Source of the DNA: Malacoraja senta
Lineage: Eukaryota
Length of the DNA: 64,000 nt
Assembly: GCA_038087875.1 (NCBI GenBank)
Contig: CM075990.1
Span: forward strand, 17,238,001 to 17,302,000
Direction of reading: 5' to 3'
In this document: in pieces, positions 23,341 to 35,626 of the stretch
Position numbering within the stretch: position 1 is the stretch's first letter
Layout of the letters: each line of letters opens with the position of its first letter
The notes under the pieces: generated by a model
Databases searched by the model: none
Seen by the model: only the letters and a program-made list of their open reading frames with translations
What the model was told of the DNA's origin: nothing
Program-made: the position numbers and the translations under genes

Positions 23341-24286
23341 TTCCTTTGGTCTGAAGAAGGGTCTCGACCCGAAACCCCCATTCACCCATTCCTTCTCTCC
23401 AGAGATGCTGCCTGTCCCGCTGAGTTACTCCAGCATTTTGTGTCTATCTTCGGTGTAAACCAGCATCTGCATTTCCTTCCGACACACTTGCTTTGGAGAA
23501 AGTGAGCGGAGTAGTGGGGAACGTTCTTCACTGTAAGACTGAGCTCAAGGAAGAAGTGGCTGCTGCTCGGATCTCCAGGCCTGCTTTATTGATCCTTTCG
23601 CCCAATCATGAAAGCATCAGGGTAACTGCACTCACAGGAGCACGGCATTTGCTTGTCCAACACAAGGATCTTGAAATAGCCGTTCAACCTTGGCTCCATC
23701 ATGGGAAGTTGGAGCAAACAGTTCTAGGGCAGTGCCAAAGCCTTCTTGAATAACGTGGAATCTGCTGTGTACACCCATCACTCTTGTTGACAAATAATGA
23801 CCAAAGTACAAGATCCATGGAATGATGTCAGCCCGAAACGTCACCCATTCCTTCTCTCCAAAGATGCTGCCTGTCCCACTGAATTACTCCAGCTTTTGGT
23901 GTCGACAATGATTGTGGGAGTACCTTGCTGTCGGCTGTGCAAAATTGGGCCACAATGCCCAAGACAGCACTGCATCCAATTACCTCAGTACCAGCCTGTT
24001 CCACATAAATGATGTGAACTACAGTGATCTGTGCTCAGTCCTTCCAATGTACCGGTCGGTAACTGCCAAGACTATTGTTGCACCAGACCAGATTCGATGT
24101 TATTAGCATCTAATGGATGTGAAACTTACAAACTTCCATCAAGAAACAGGAATGGAGTCATTGTCTCTGATGTGAGGGGATCTATTCCACTGTCACTGCT
24201 CAAATGTTACATCTCAATTCACTTTCACAGCCTTGAGCTAAATGCTCAGTCCCCAATGAGCCATGAACACAAACACACATTACCAT

Positions 24287-24735
24287 TGTAAGATATTACG
24301 GCTTTAGCTTGTAGATAGAAACTAGCGCAGGTTTTGAGTCCGCGCTGTTGCCAGAGTGGGTCTTCTTTATTTTACAAAAGTACATATTCACCAGACTGAT
24401 AAGGTAATGAATATATCACATGACACAAATCACATCATTCTGGGACTCATGTTACAGTTACCATTATATGCAGTACACTGAAGACAGACACAAAAGCTGC
24501 AGTAACTCAGCGGGACAGGCAGCATCTCTGGAGAGAAGGAATGGGTGACGTTTCAGATCGAGACCATTCTTCAGACTTATTATATACACTGCACTGCTCT
24601 CCACTTTGAACAGAAAATAACTTGTAAATTAGCCAAACAAGAATAATTCTATAAATGTATCTGACGACTGGTTTACGCACTCTTTCTGATCTCCTGAGTG
24701 GTTTAGGGGGAGAGTAGAGTTCAGGATCATTTACC
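24287..24735 (-). mobile_element. Gypsy-type LTR retrotransposon remnant: pol C-terminus, PPT and 3' LTR (24287-24593, interrupted by a PLE repeat at about 24481-24576)
   Basis: LRRSERVRKPV motif, then purine tract AAAGTGGAGAGCAG, then a TG...CA LTR with internal AATAAA. Confidence 0.65.
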
Positions 24736-27700
24736 TTTGGTAGCAAAAACAGGAAGGCAGTTTACTATCTAAATGGTGTCAAGTTGGGAAAAGGGGAAGT
24801 ACAACAGGATCTGGGGGTCCTTGTTCATCAGTCAATGAAAGTAAGCATGCAGGTGCAGCAGGCAGTGAAGAAAGAGAATGGCATGTTGGCCTTTGTAACA
24901 AGAGGAGTTGCGTATAGGAGCAAAGAGGTCCTTCTGCAGTTGTATAGGGCCCTAGTATACTCTGAAGTTTAGAAGGATTAGAGGGATGTCATTGAAACAT
25001 ATAAGATTGTTAAGGGATTGGACACGCTAGAGGAAGGAAACATGTTCCCGATGTTGGGGGAGTCCAGAAGTAAACGTTAAATCAAGTGGGAAGCCAGGAA
25101 TTCAAGACTACAATAGTTCCACCCACTAAGGTTCTCTGTTCTACACTTTATATTAAACATTCCATCAACACATTTATCAGGGTTAGCATTGTTAAAGAGA
25201 AATATCAACTCTCAATGCAGGCTTCTGGGCAATGTCCAACCGTTCCATTGTCAGAATTGGATCTCATATAGTAGTGACCATTATGGATCTTGTGAGGCTT
25301 CTGATAATGGGGACATGGTAATGTCACAAGTATATTCTTCCTGGATTGGAAAACATTAAATTGCCTGGTAAGTACCACAGTTCACTGGACTGGATAATGA
25401 TCATCATATATCTAAATGAGGAAGCAAATGACCTTCAAAAACAGCAGTGGCACTTGTCCTAATTCAATAAGTCTATGACTCTGAAATCGCAAATGTCAGA
25501 TTGACAGGGACTCTGAAAATAATTGAATGGAGAAATTTATAGCACCTAGCCAGAGCCATTTACTGAACTAACCTAATTATCATCTGCTGTAAAACTAATT
25601 ACGAAGCAATCTTCCCTCTCACACAGCCAGGCTGCAATTTTTTATAAAGATACATGTTGTGGCCTTTAGCAGGCATGGTGAACTGTGCCTGTGAATTTCA
25701 ACTAAGACATTAATTAGCATTGGTATGACGGAGTGTGTTTACTGTTCCCTGCACCTTAGGTTGTAATATTTTGTTGGCGGTGTGACTAAGTGAAATAAAT
25801 TCCACTTGTGCTTGTTATTCCATTGCCTTCCTGATCCAAGCAGCTGTCTGAAGCCAACAGCATAATTGTTTAACTCAAAAAAAAAAAAAAAAATTCATTG
25901 AGAAATACGAAATCGCCAGATTATTCATCATTTGAAATTTGGCAAGCAATTAAATCCGATTTTGAAAGCCTCTTTTTCTTCCTGGTTTTCAGGTTTGAAG
26001 TTTGTGCTCACACTTCCGGGGAAGCCGCTGATGATAGCTACCTTCATCAAATGACACAATTTATCCCAATTAATGTCAGCAGGCTGCTTGGGAACAGTGT
26101 AGAACCACAGGCCGTCCCATCAATACTTACATGTAACAGTGCTGGAGTAACTCAGCGGGTCAGGAAACACCTCTGGAGGACATGGATAGCCTGAAGTTCT
26201 GAAGAAGGGTCCTGACCCAAAACGCCACCTATCCATGTGCTCCAGAGATGCTGCCTGACCCACTGAGTTACTCCAGCACCTTCGGTTCTACGCAACATTC
26301 CAGCACCTGCAGTTCCTTGTGTCGACATTACATGTAACTGTGCATGCCGGGGAAATTAGTTTAGTTGGGCATCATATTCAGCACAGACATTGTGGGTCGC
26401 AGGGTCTGTTCCTGTCCTGAACTTTTCTGTGTCCCATGATGACAGAAACAGCAACATGAAAACAGGCCACTTGCCGCCACTTTCATTCCAATTCTATTTA
26501 AGAGCAAACAGTTTGTCTATTTCACACGCCCCTGCAAATTCTTTCCATTCAGATCCTTATTCAGACGTCTTCGGAACACAGCTGCTGAATCTGCCTCCAT
26601 TGTGCTCCTGGCAACGTGTTCAGTTTTGATCACCATGCTACAGGAAAGATGCCATTAAGCTGGAAAGAGTGCAGAGAGGATTCACTAGGATGTTGCTAGA
26701 TCTCGGGTGCCTGGGCTAAAGGGAGAGGTTGAGCAGACTAGGACTTTATTCCTTGGAGCACATCTTATAGAGTGTATACGATCATGAAGGGAATAGATAC
26801 AATGCATGCACAGTCTTTTTCCCGTGAAATCAAGAACTAGAGGACATTGGTTTAAGGTGAGGGGGGCAAGATTTAATAGGAACCTGAGGGGCAATCCTTT
26901 CACTCAAAGGTTGGTAGGTAAATAGAGTAAGCTGCCCGAGGATGTAGTTGAGGCAGCATTTGGAGATGCGGACATGTTTAGAGGGACATCTTGGTTGGCA
27001 TGTACAGGTTGGGTTGAGGGGCCTGTTTCCATGCTGTATGACTCTATCACTCTACAATCATATACCCACCACCCTCTGAGTGAAAAGGTTGCCCCTCAGG
27101 TTCTTATTAAATGTTCCGCCTTTCACCTTAAACCTGTGTCCTCCAGTTCTTGATTCCCCTACCCAGGGAAAAAGACAGTGTATTCACACCATCAAATCCC
27201 CTTTTGATTTTATGCATTTCTCTAAGATTACCCCTCAACCTCTTGCAAGGAATACAGTCCTCGACTGCCCAACCTCTCCCTATAGCTCGCCCTCGAGTCC
27301 TGGCAACATCCTCGTAAATCTTCTCTGCATTCATTCCTGTTTAACGACAGCCTAACCCTAACCCTAATCCTCTCTGGAACATTCACAATATCAATAACAT
27401 TTCCACTACCAAGGACTAAGCATGCAGACAGAATCCAGCATTCAATGGAGTCCTCACCGACTTGAATTGCTGAAGTATTTTGATGATATATTTATTCCTG
27501 ATGCCGGCTGTTCTTCAATCACGATGGTAAAATGAGATGTTTTATTACAGCCCTCACACAAGTGGTGTACACTTGTCCTCACCTACTGAAGACAGACCTT
27601 ATGCCACATTCTTTCACAGACTCCACTTTAGCAACAGCAGGATCAAACTTCCAGAGGATGGCGTTGAGGATGCTACTGTAAGAGCACCAAAGGCAGGTAA

Positions 27701-28910
27701 GACAAACGCGAAAAGCTGGAGTAACTCAATGGGTCAGGCAGCATCTATGGAGAAAAGGAATACGTGACATTTTGGGTCGAAACCCTTCTTCAGACCCGAA
27801 ACATCACCTTTTCCTTTTCTCCAGAGATGCTGCCTGACCCGTTGAGTTACTACTGGTTTTTGTGTCTATCTTCAGGGTAAACCAGCATCTGCTGTTCTTC
27901 CTACACACTTAGACAGGTACATGGTTAGCAAAGATTTAGAGAGATATGGGCAAACGAGGGCAAATGGGACAAGCTTAGATTGATCATCTTGGTTGCCATG
28001 GGCAAGTTGGGCTGAAGGGCTTATTTTCATGCAGCAATACGATACGAGACAATACAAAGTTTATTGATCCCATCTATCTGCTGAGGGACAGACTCTATCA
28101 CCCCGGGGCGTGTGGGATAGAGTTAGGGTGAGGGACTGATGGATACAGTGAGGTAGTGTGGCGGGTGGGGCGAAGTGAATACGTAGGAGTGCTGATGCAT
28201 ACTGAGGGGCAGCAGAGTAGACAGTGAGATCTAGTCACTGAACATAAGATCTGTGGAGAACTAGGAGTGGGCAGCAGGGGAGATGGAAGAACCAGCGGCA
28301 AAGTGAGCAGAGAACCTTCTGGGAGGAGAGAGCACTTGGGGATACAAACGATGATGAAGGTGGATCATTATGGATGACAGGTAGCAAGGATAGATAGCAT
28401 GGAGATTGCCTGCACTTCTCTCCAGCTGAGGTAGAAGGTGGTTGATTTCAAAGAGCAGGGAGCTTGTGTCCATGTGCAAACAACTCGAGCGGTAGAGTTG
28501 CTGCCTCACAGTGTCAGAGACTCGGGTTCGATCCTGATGAGAGATTAGAGATTCCTTTATTTGTCATTCAGACCTTTCGGTCTGAACGAAATTTCGTTGC
28601 CTGCAGTCATACATATAATAATAAATGACAAAACACACAATAAACACAAATTAACACTGATTACGGGTGCTGTCTGTACGGAGTTTGCACGTTCTCCCTG
28701 TGGCAACGTGAGTTTGCTCCGGGTGCTCCGGTTTCTCCCACACTCCAAAGGTCTGCTGGTCTGTAGGTTAATTGGCTTCTGTAAATTGTCCCGAGTGTGT
28801 AAAATGCGAAACTGGGATAGTGTAGAACTAGTGTACGGGTGATCGATGGTCGGCGCGGACTCGGTGTGCCAAAGGCCCGTTTACACATTGTATCTCTAAA
28901 CTAAACTAAA

Positions 28911-29010
28911 CTTAATTACACTTAACTCAACTTAACTTAACTTAACTTAACTTAACTTAACTTAACTTAACTTAACTTAACTTAACTTAACTTAACTTAA
29001 CTTAATTACA
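28911..29010 (+). repeat. (AACTT)n microsatellite expanded from an HE1 SINE tail
   Basis: Directly follows the HE1 (TAAAC)n end. Confidence 0.9.
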
Positions 29011-31372
29011 CTAAAGTAAAATAAACTAAATTAAAACTGACTGAAGCAGTTTGTGGAGCTGGTGACGGAGCTGGCTACTCACTCCGCTTCCCCTGTGAGC
29101 CAGTGCCTTTAATTCCATTCCCAATGAGTTCAATTGTCTTTGAAGAGGCTGCTGAGACCACAGAACATCTGCTGAGCACTGGTTCCACAAACCATGTTCC
29201 CAAGGATGGAATTAACAACTTTTTATGCTTTCCCTTTACTCTCACAACTTGTTCATTTCAGTTCTGTGCTCTGGTTTCACACCCAGGCTAATTTTCTCAG
29301 GCAGTTTCACACCAGTGGCTACAGTTAAATTAAAGTGTATGGGTGAAACAGAATATATAACATAGAGCAAAGACCATACAACATAGAACAGGCCCTTCGG
29401 CCCATAATGGCCTGGATAGAGTGGATGTGGAGAGCATGTTTCCACCAGTGGGAGAGTCTAGGACCAGAGGCTATAGCCTCAGAATAAAAGGACGTAACTT
29501 TAGAAAGGAGATGACAAGGAATTTCTTTAGTCAAAGGGTGGTGCGTGGAGGCCAATTCAATGGATAATTTTAAGGCAGAGATTGACAGATGATTAATTAT
29601 TAAGGGTGTCGGGGGTTATGAGGAGAAGGCAGGAGAATGGGGATGAGAGGGAAAGAGATCAGCCATGATGGAATAGCAGTCGACTCAATGGACAGAATGG
29701 CCTAATTCTGCTCCAATGACTTATGAACATGGATTTATAATAACCAGCCATGATATCAAGGATAAACTTCCACTAATGTGTGAATAAAGGCCAGTAGTAC
29801 ACCACTGAACATCAGATTATTACGTCTTACAATCAGCTTTAACATACACTGAAGTTCCCTCTCTACATTCCTTTCCAAGTTATACATTTAGGTTAGTGAA
29901 CAACAAAGAAATTGTTCATATGAGCTCATCTGGTTGCATTTTAACATTGAGAGCCATAGTTTGGGCCCACTCAGCACATTGCAATGCAAGGTTCAACAAC
30001 ATCCAGATGGTTTGCAAAGGTGGGGCAGTAAATCTAAATAGTCTTAAAGTTTTCAATGTTTTATTTGTTGAAAAAATACTTCTTTGCGGGCAGTGTGTTT
30101 ATTCAGTGCCCTGGTAAACCAAGTCCCTTTCAACACGGGACAGTGTGCAGAGGCACAAGGAAAGAAATGAAACATCTGCAGAAATGCAAGGCAGCTGGAA
30201 CATCTGGAAACAACTGTGCTGTAGTAGAAAGAGAAATTGCTTCCTCAGCCTGCAAACTAAAGACTGTATCCTTCCCACTCCACACACCCTTCCCACTTCT
30301 GATCACCCCAACTTTATCCCGTCCCCTTCTACTGCACCCCACACCAACTTTAGTCAACTCAATCCTCTCCCATTCTTCATTTCACACCATTTCACTTGTT
30401 CGTCTTATCTAACCCCTCTCTCACTCCCCCCACTCCCACACCCTTCCACTCCTCTTCAACTCTTCCCTCTACCTCTGTGCTGCTCCGCACCACTGCACTC
30501 CTCTCCATCCCACCCCAATGCTGCACCAGTCTTCCCCAACTCGATTACACCATCAGTCCAGCTCCAACCCTTCCAACTCTGCACCAACCCAGCCCATACC
30601 AGTCGACATTACCCCCCCCCCCCTCTCCTACTCCCTAGCCCATCTCATTCCACCCACACCCCTCCCACTCTGGCCCAACCTTCCCCGTTCTATTCCAGGT
30701 CCACACGCCCCCGTCTCACAACCCTCGCTCAACATCGAGAAGTTAGTCAGTTTAGTTTATTGTCACGTGTACCGAGGTACAGTGAAAAGCCGTTGTTGCG
30801 TGCTAACCAGTCAGCAGAAAGACAGTAAATGATTACAATCAAGCCTAGATACATGATTATGGAATAAAGTTTAGTGCAAGGTAAAGCCAGCAAAGTCCAA
30901 GATAGTCCGAGGGTCTCCAATGAGGTAGATAAGGATTATCAGACTCACGACAATGCGAAGCAGATGAAAGAGTATCAGCTCTGTGGGCCGAAGGGCCTGT
31001 TCTCATGCTGTATCTCTAAACTAAACTAAACTATTACAGTGGACAGTAAATTATACCAAAGGTTTGTTTTGGGTTTGGTTGTCTGAACCATAGGCATAAT
31101 CTTCCCTTTGTCACAAGTCCTCATGGCCAGGATGACAGGATACTTCTAGATTATAAATAAATTGCAGTGTTCTCTGTGGAACACTGACGGAGCTGGTCTG
31201 GCTGCCCACAGGACATGAGTGTTATAACCTTGCTGCCCACGGTAGCACAGTCACAAGTGGGAGACAGCAGTGAGTTGTAACTCTTTGCCTCTGTTTGAGC
31301 TGTTAAGGGATCAGGACCTGGCCATCTTCAAAATACTCATCACTGTTTCACTGGCGGTATTACAATGGAAAT

Positions 31373-31481
31373 GTCAAGGATTAGAGGGCAAAGTTTGAAG
31401 GTGAGGAGGTCAAGGATTAGAGGGCATAGTTTGAAGGTGAGGAGGTCAAGGATTAGAGGGCATAGTTTGAAGGTGAGGAGG
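31373..31481 (+). repeat. 36-bp tandem triplication inside a CR1 fragment
   Basis: GTCAAGGATTAGAGGGCATAGTTTGAAGGTGAGGAG x3. Confidence 0.9.
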
Positions 31482-31806
31482 GCAAAGTTTAAAGAAGATG
31501 TACAGGACAAGTTGATTTACACAGAATGTTCCCCTTACAGCACCCCCTCACTCAGAAACAACACCCAACTTTATAAAGACACAAAATGCTGGAGTAACTC
31601 AGCGGGTCAGGCAGCATCTCTGGAGAGAAGGAATGGGTGACGTTTCGGGTCGAGACCCTTCTTCAGACTCGACCCAAAATGTCACTCATCCCTTCTCTCC
31701 AGAGACGCTGCCTGTCCTGCTGAGTTACTCCAGCATTTTGTGGCTATCTACAGTTTAAACCAGCATCTGCAGTTCCTCCCGACCCAACTTTATAAAATCA
31801 GCTTAA

Positions 31807-32054
31807 AGAGCCTGTCCCACTTGGCGATTTTTTGGGCGACTGCCGGCATCATTGACTGACGTATCAGGTCACCGAAAAATTTGCAGCGTGATGCGGCGGT
31901 GACGCAGCGTGGTGACGTATGACGCGCGGTGTTTTTTCAAGTGTAGCAACATCTTATTTTGTCGCCGCTGGATTTTGAAATGTTGAAAATCTTTTTGCGA
32001 CCCTGATATGACGCCGGCAGTCGCCGAAATAAATCGCCAAGTGGGACAGGCCCT
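31807..32054. mobile_element. Palindromic-TIR MITE, subfamily C
   Basis: TIR AGAGCCTGTCCCACTTGGCGATTT / AAATCGCCAAGTGGGACAGGCCCT with TTAA on both sides. Confidence 0.85.
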
Positions 32055-32728
32055 TTAAAGCAAGGTCACTGTTCACAAATATTAACCCTGTTCCTCTCTC
32101 CACAGATGCTGCCTGAGCAGCTGAGTGCTTCCAGCATTTCCTGTCCCTGTTTTACTTATAAGGCCAGACTGAGTAAGGAATGGATTAGTGATCCAGCTAG
32201 GATTTTATGAGAAACTAGTGTTTGCGTTGTCATTATTACCAGGCTTTATATTCCACATTGTTTAAATTACAAGAACATAAATTCCTCGGCTGCAGATGTG
32301 AACTCAAGTTTCCAGATGAATGATCTAGGCTTCAGGTCGAACCCTCCACCACCCTCCCTCCCTCCCTCCCTTCCTCCCTCCCTCCCTCCCTCCCTCAACC
32401 AAGGCCTGGTAGTTTCATAATTAGTCTGTTTGTTAATTAATTGTATTTGTTGCTTATCTAATACTTGACCTCTCCAATCCCAACACGGCCACAGAATTTC
32501 CACTGGATGAACCAGGGCATTTTTTATGTCGTTCCCTTAAGTGCTCGTGCATAAGATATGACAGAGTATTAGAGGACTAGCAGGAGACATTTAGTGAGAT
32601 TAAAAACAGACCTCTTATTACAGAGCAAACCTGCAGTATTGAACTGCACTGTGTCACACCTGAATGATGGAGACTTCCTGTAGCTGAGACTGAATATTAA
32701 GTGAACCCAGAGAGTTCCAGGTATGTAA

Positions 32729-32967
32729 AGGGACTGTCCCACTTGGCGATTTTTTCGGCGACTGTCGGCATCAAACCAGTGCCGCCAAAAGATTTTGAAC
32801 ATTTCAAAATTCAGCGGCGACAAAAAAAATAATTTCGGCGACACTTGAAAAAACACCACGCGTCATACGTCAAAACGCCACGTCACGCCGCAAATTCTTC
32901 GGTGACCTGATATGTCAGTCAATGATGCCGGCGGTCGCTGGAAAAATCGGCAAGTGGGACAGGCCCT
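32729..32967. mobile_element. MITE subfamily C, inverted relative to 31807-32054
   Basis: Same TIR. The interior matches the reverse complement of the previous copy. Confidence 0.85.
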
Positions 32968-34015
32968 CATCTATGTGTTGTGTCCCATGAGTGGGCTGAT
33001 AAACGGCAGGTTAATTATCGTCACCTGTACTGAGCTACAGTGAAAAGCTTTGCATGTTATCCAATCAAATCAGATTTACATGCATACATTCAAGCCAAAC
33101 ATGTATAAACAGTAGAGCAAAGAGTGAGAGATACAGGATGCAGAATATAGTTCTCAGCGCTGTGTGTGACAATCCCAGAGATGGGGTACAATGTCTGCAA
33201 TGAGATGGCTTGGTTAGGGTCTAATTAGTGATGATGGGCACAGCATTCTTGCAGGTTTAACCTCCTAATGGACTAAATCCATGAACCGCCCAGATTTCAC
33301 AGATGCCACCAGGACTCCAGTTGCAGCAAATACCAGGCAAAGTTGGAACACAGGGAGCCTTGTGTTGCAGTTGGAGTTTTCCACACTATCTTTAGGCCTT
33401 GTTGCATCTATCTGCATCTTGGCAGCTGTAAATCTTATCAAAGCATAAAACAACTGTTTTATTATCTGGCATTTCCGCTATTCTGCCTTTACAATGAAGT
33501 ACAGCTTATCATTTTTTATCATCCATAGACCCACATATTCCATCACATTATGGAACTTGGTACAGAGATACACAATTCAAGGAATTTCACTCACTGAATT
33601 CTTCTGTACATCTAAGGTAAGATTGAAATGACGCTGCCTATAGAATTAGGCAAGGAAAGAGATGACGTTGTTTCTGAGTTTGCCTGAAGTGTCTGATGAT
33701 CGACGAGGTTATTCCAGTGATTGGGTCGGGTTTAGAAGTTTGCTTTTGCCTGCCTCGACTCAACCCTACAACCAAGATGGCAGCTGCCGCAGCACTGTGA
33801 GGTGCTGGAGATGTCCACACGCAGTTCCAGGGCATTTTTCCAGCTGAGATACCTCGTGCTGCACGGGGCTGAGAAGGGCAAGAGCTGGCATTTAAACCGC
33901 TGTCTGTGGCCCCACTGCTGCATTGGTACCAACCAGTGACAAATCGTTACAGATATCCCCATTGTATCGGTTTTATATAAAGACTAAGGATTATAGTGCC
34001 AGGTAAACAATACAT

Positions 34016-34424
<409 letters not shown>

Positions 34425-35479
34425 AGACACAGATTCAGTTTAGTTTATTGTCACATGTACCGAGGTACAGTGAAAAGCTTTTGCTGCCTGCTAACCAGCC
34501 AGCGGAAAGATTATACATGATTACACAGACCCATACATAAACACGCATAGGCAAGCAAACTGACACAGTTACACACTCATACACATGTTCACATATACAC
34601 ACGCTCACACACATACACAAAGATGCCCACATACTCCTCCCTGTCCACACCAGCACTAATGTTCACATGTTCACTCACATCGCACACGCACACGCACGCA
34701 CGCACACATGCACGCACACACGCACACTCTCACTCTCACACACACACGCACTCACACACATACTCTTACACACACACTCACACACACACAAAGTCTCACA
34801 CACACTCTCACACACACACACTCTCACTAACACACACACACACACACATACGGGTATATGCTTTTTCATCATACACGTGCATATACATGCACACACGTGT
34901 GTGCAGAGATACATATACAAGCACACCAACCCTTACACTGTGATGTATCCTCAGGTACACTGACCTTTACTCAATGGCCCACACAGAACTGCATAGTTAT
35001 AGGACTTTTATCGTAGTAAAACATGCAACAAACTACATATATGTTTACACTCACACCATCACGTGTTCACTCTTCCAGCTCCTCACATTCACAAAATCAT
35101 CAACATTGTTGTCAGCATACACTAATTAAATTATGGATATTGTCCTGCAAACACATCAGCACCTTTCTTTGCCCTGTTCAGGTGGTTCCTGAGCCTGACT
35201 ATCCTGCACAGCCCCTTCCTGTACACAGTACTGAGTGACAGAACGGAACGTGGAGATGGCCAGGCTGGACAAGGTGTCTTTCACCCTTCACACAGCCGGG
35301 CTTTGAGCTGAGCTTTAGGTGTGATGGACCCAGTCCTTCCCCATCGATAGTGCCAGACTGTCAATGGAAAGTCACACCTTGAGTACAAAAGTTCCACCAG
35401 CGGCTGGAGACAATGGCTTCACCACAGTCACCATGTCACTGTGTCGCAAGCATAACCGTGAAGTACTTGAAGGAGTTAA

Positions 35480-35626
35480 TTAACTCTGGTTTTTTGAAAA
35501 GAAGATCTTGGCGTAGACGGTGTTGGGTCTCTGGGGGTTCGGGGAGCTTGGCACAGGTGGGGCGCTGGGTTGTGTGGGCATCAGTTCAAGCTCAGCATAG
35601 GTCAGGCTGTCTTCCACTATCCGTGG
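35480..35626 (-). CDS. VSTM4: VSTM4 last coding exon: PRIVEDSLTYAELELM...NTVYAKIFFSKNQS*
   Basis: Acceptor TCTCTCTCCGCAG|, TAA stop. Matches the VSTM4 tail pattern E.LTYAELEL...TVYA.I.F. Confidence 0.93.
   Translation of the reverse strand, partial: PRIVEDSLTYAELELMPTQPSAPPVPSSPNPQRPNTVYAKIFFSKNQS

Noticed and set aside
27350..27370. CCTAACCCTAACCCTAAT telomere-like run at a CR1 boundary
   Set aside because: Only about 3 units, too short to call an interstitial telomeric insertion.
30145..30828. 227-aa Pro/Ser-rich ORF
   Set aside because: Low-complexity pyrimidine tract running into a repeat tail, with no domain.
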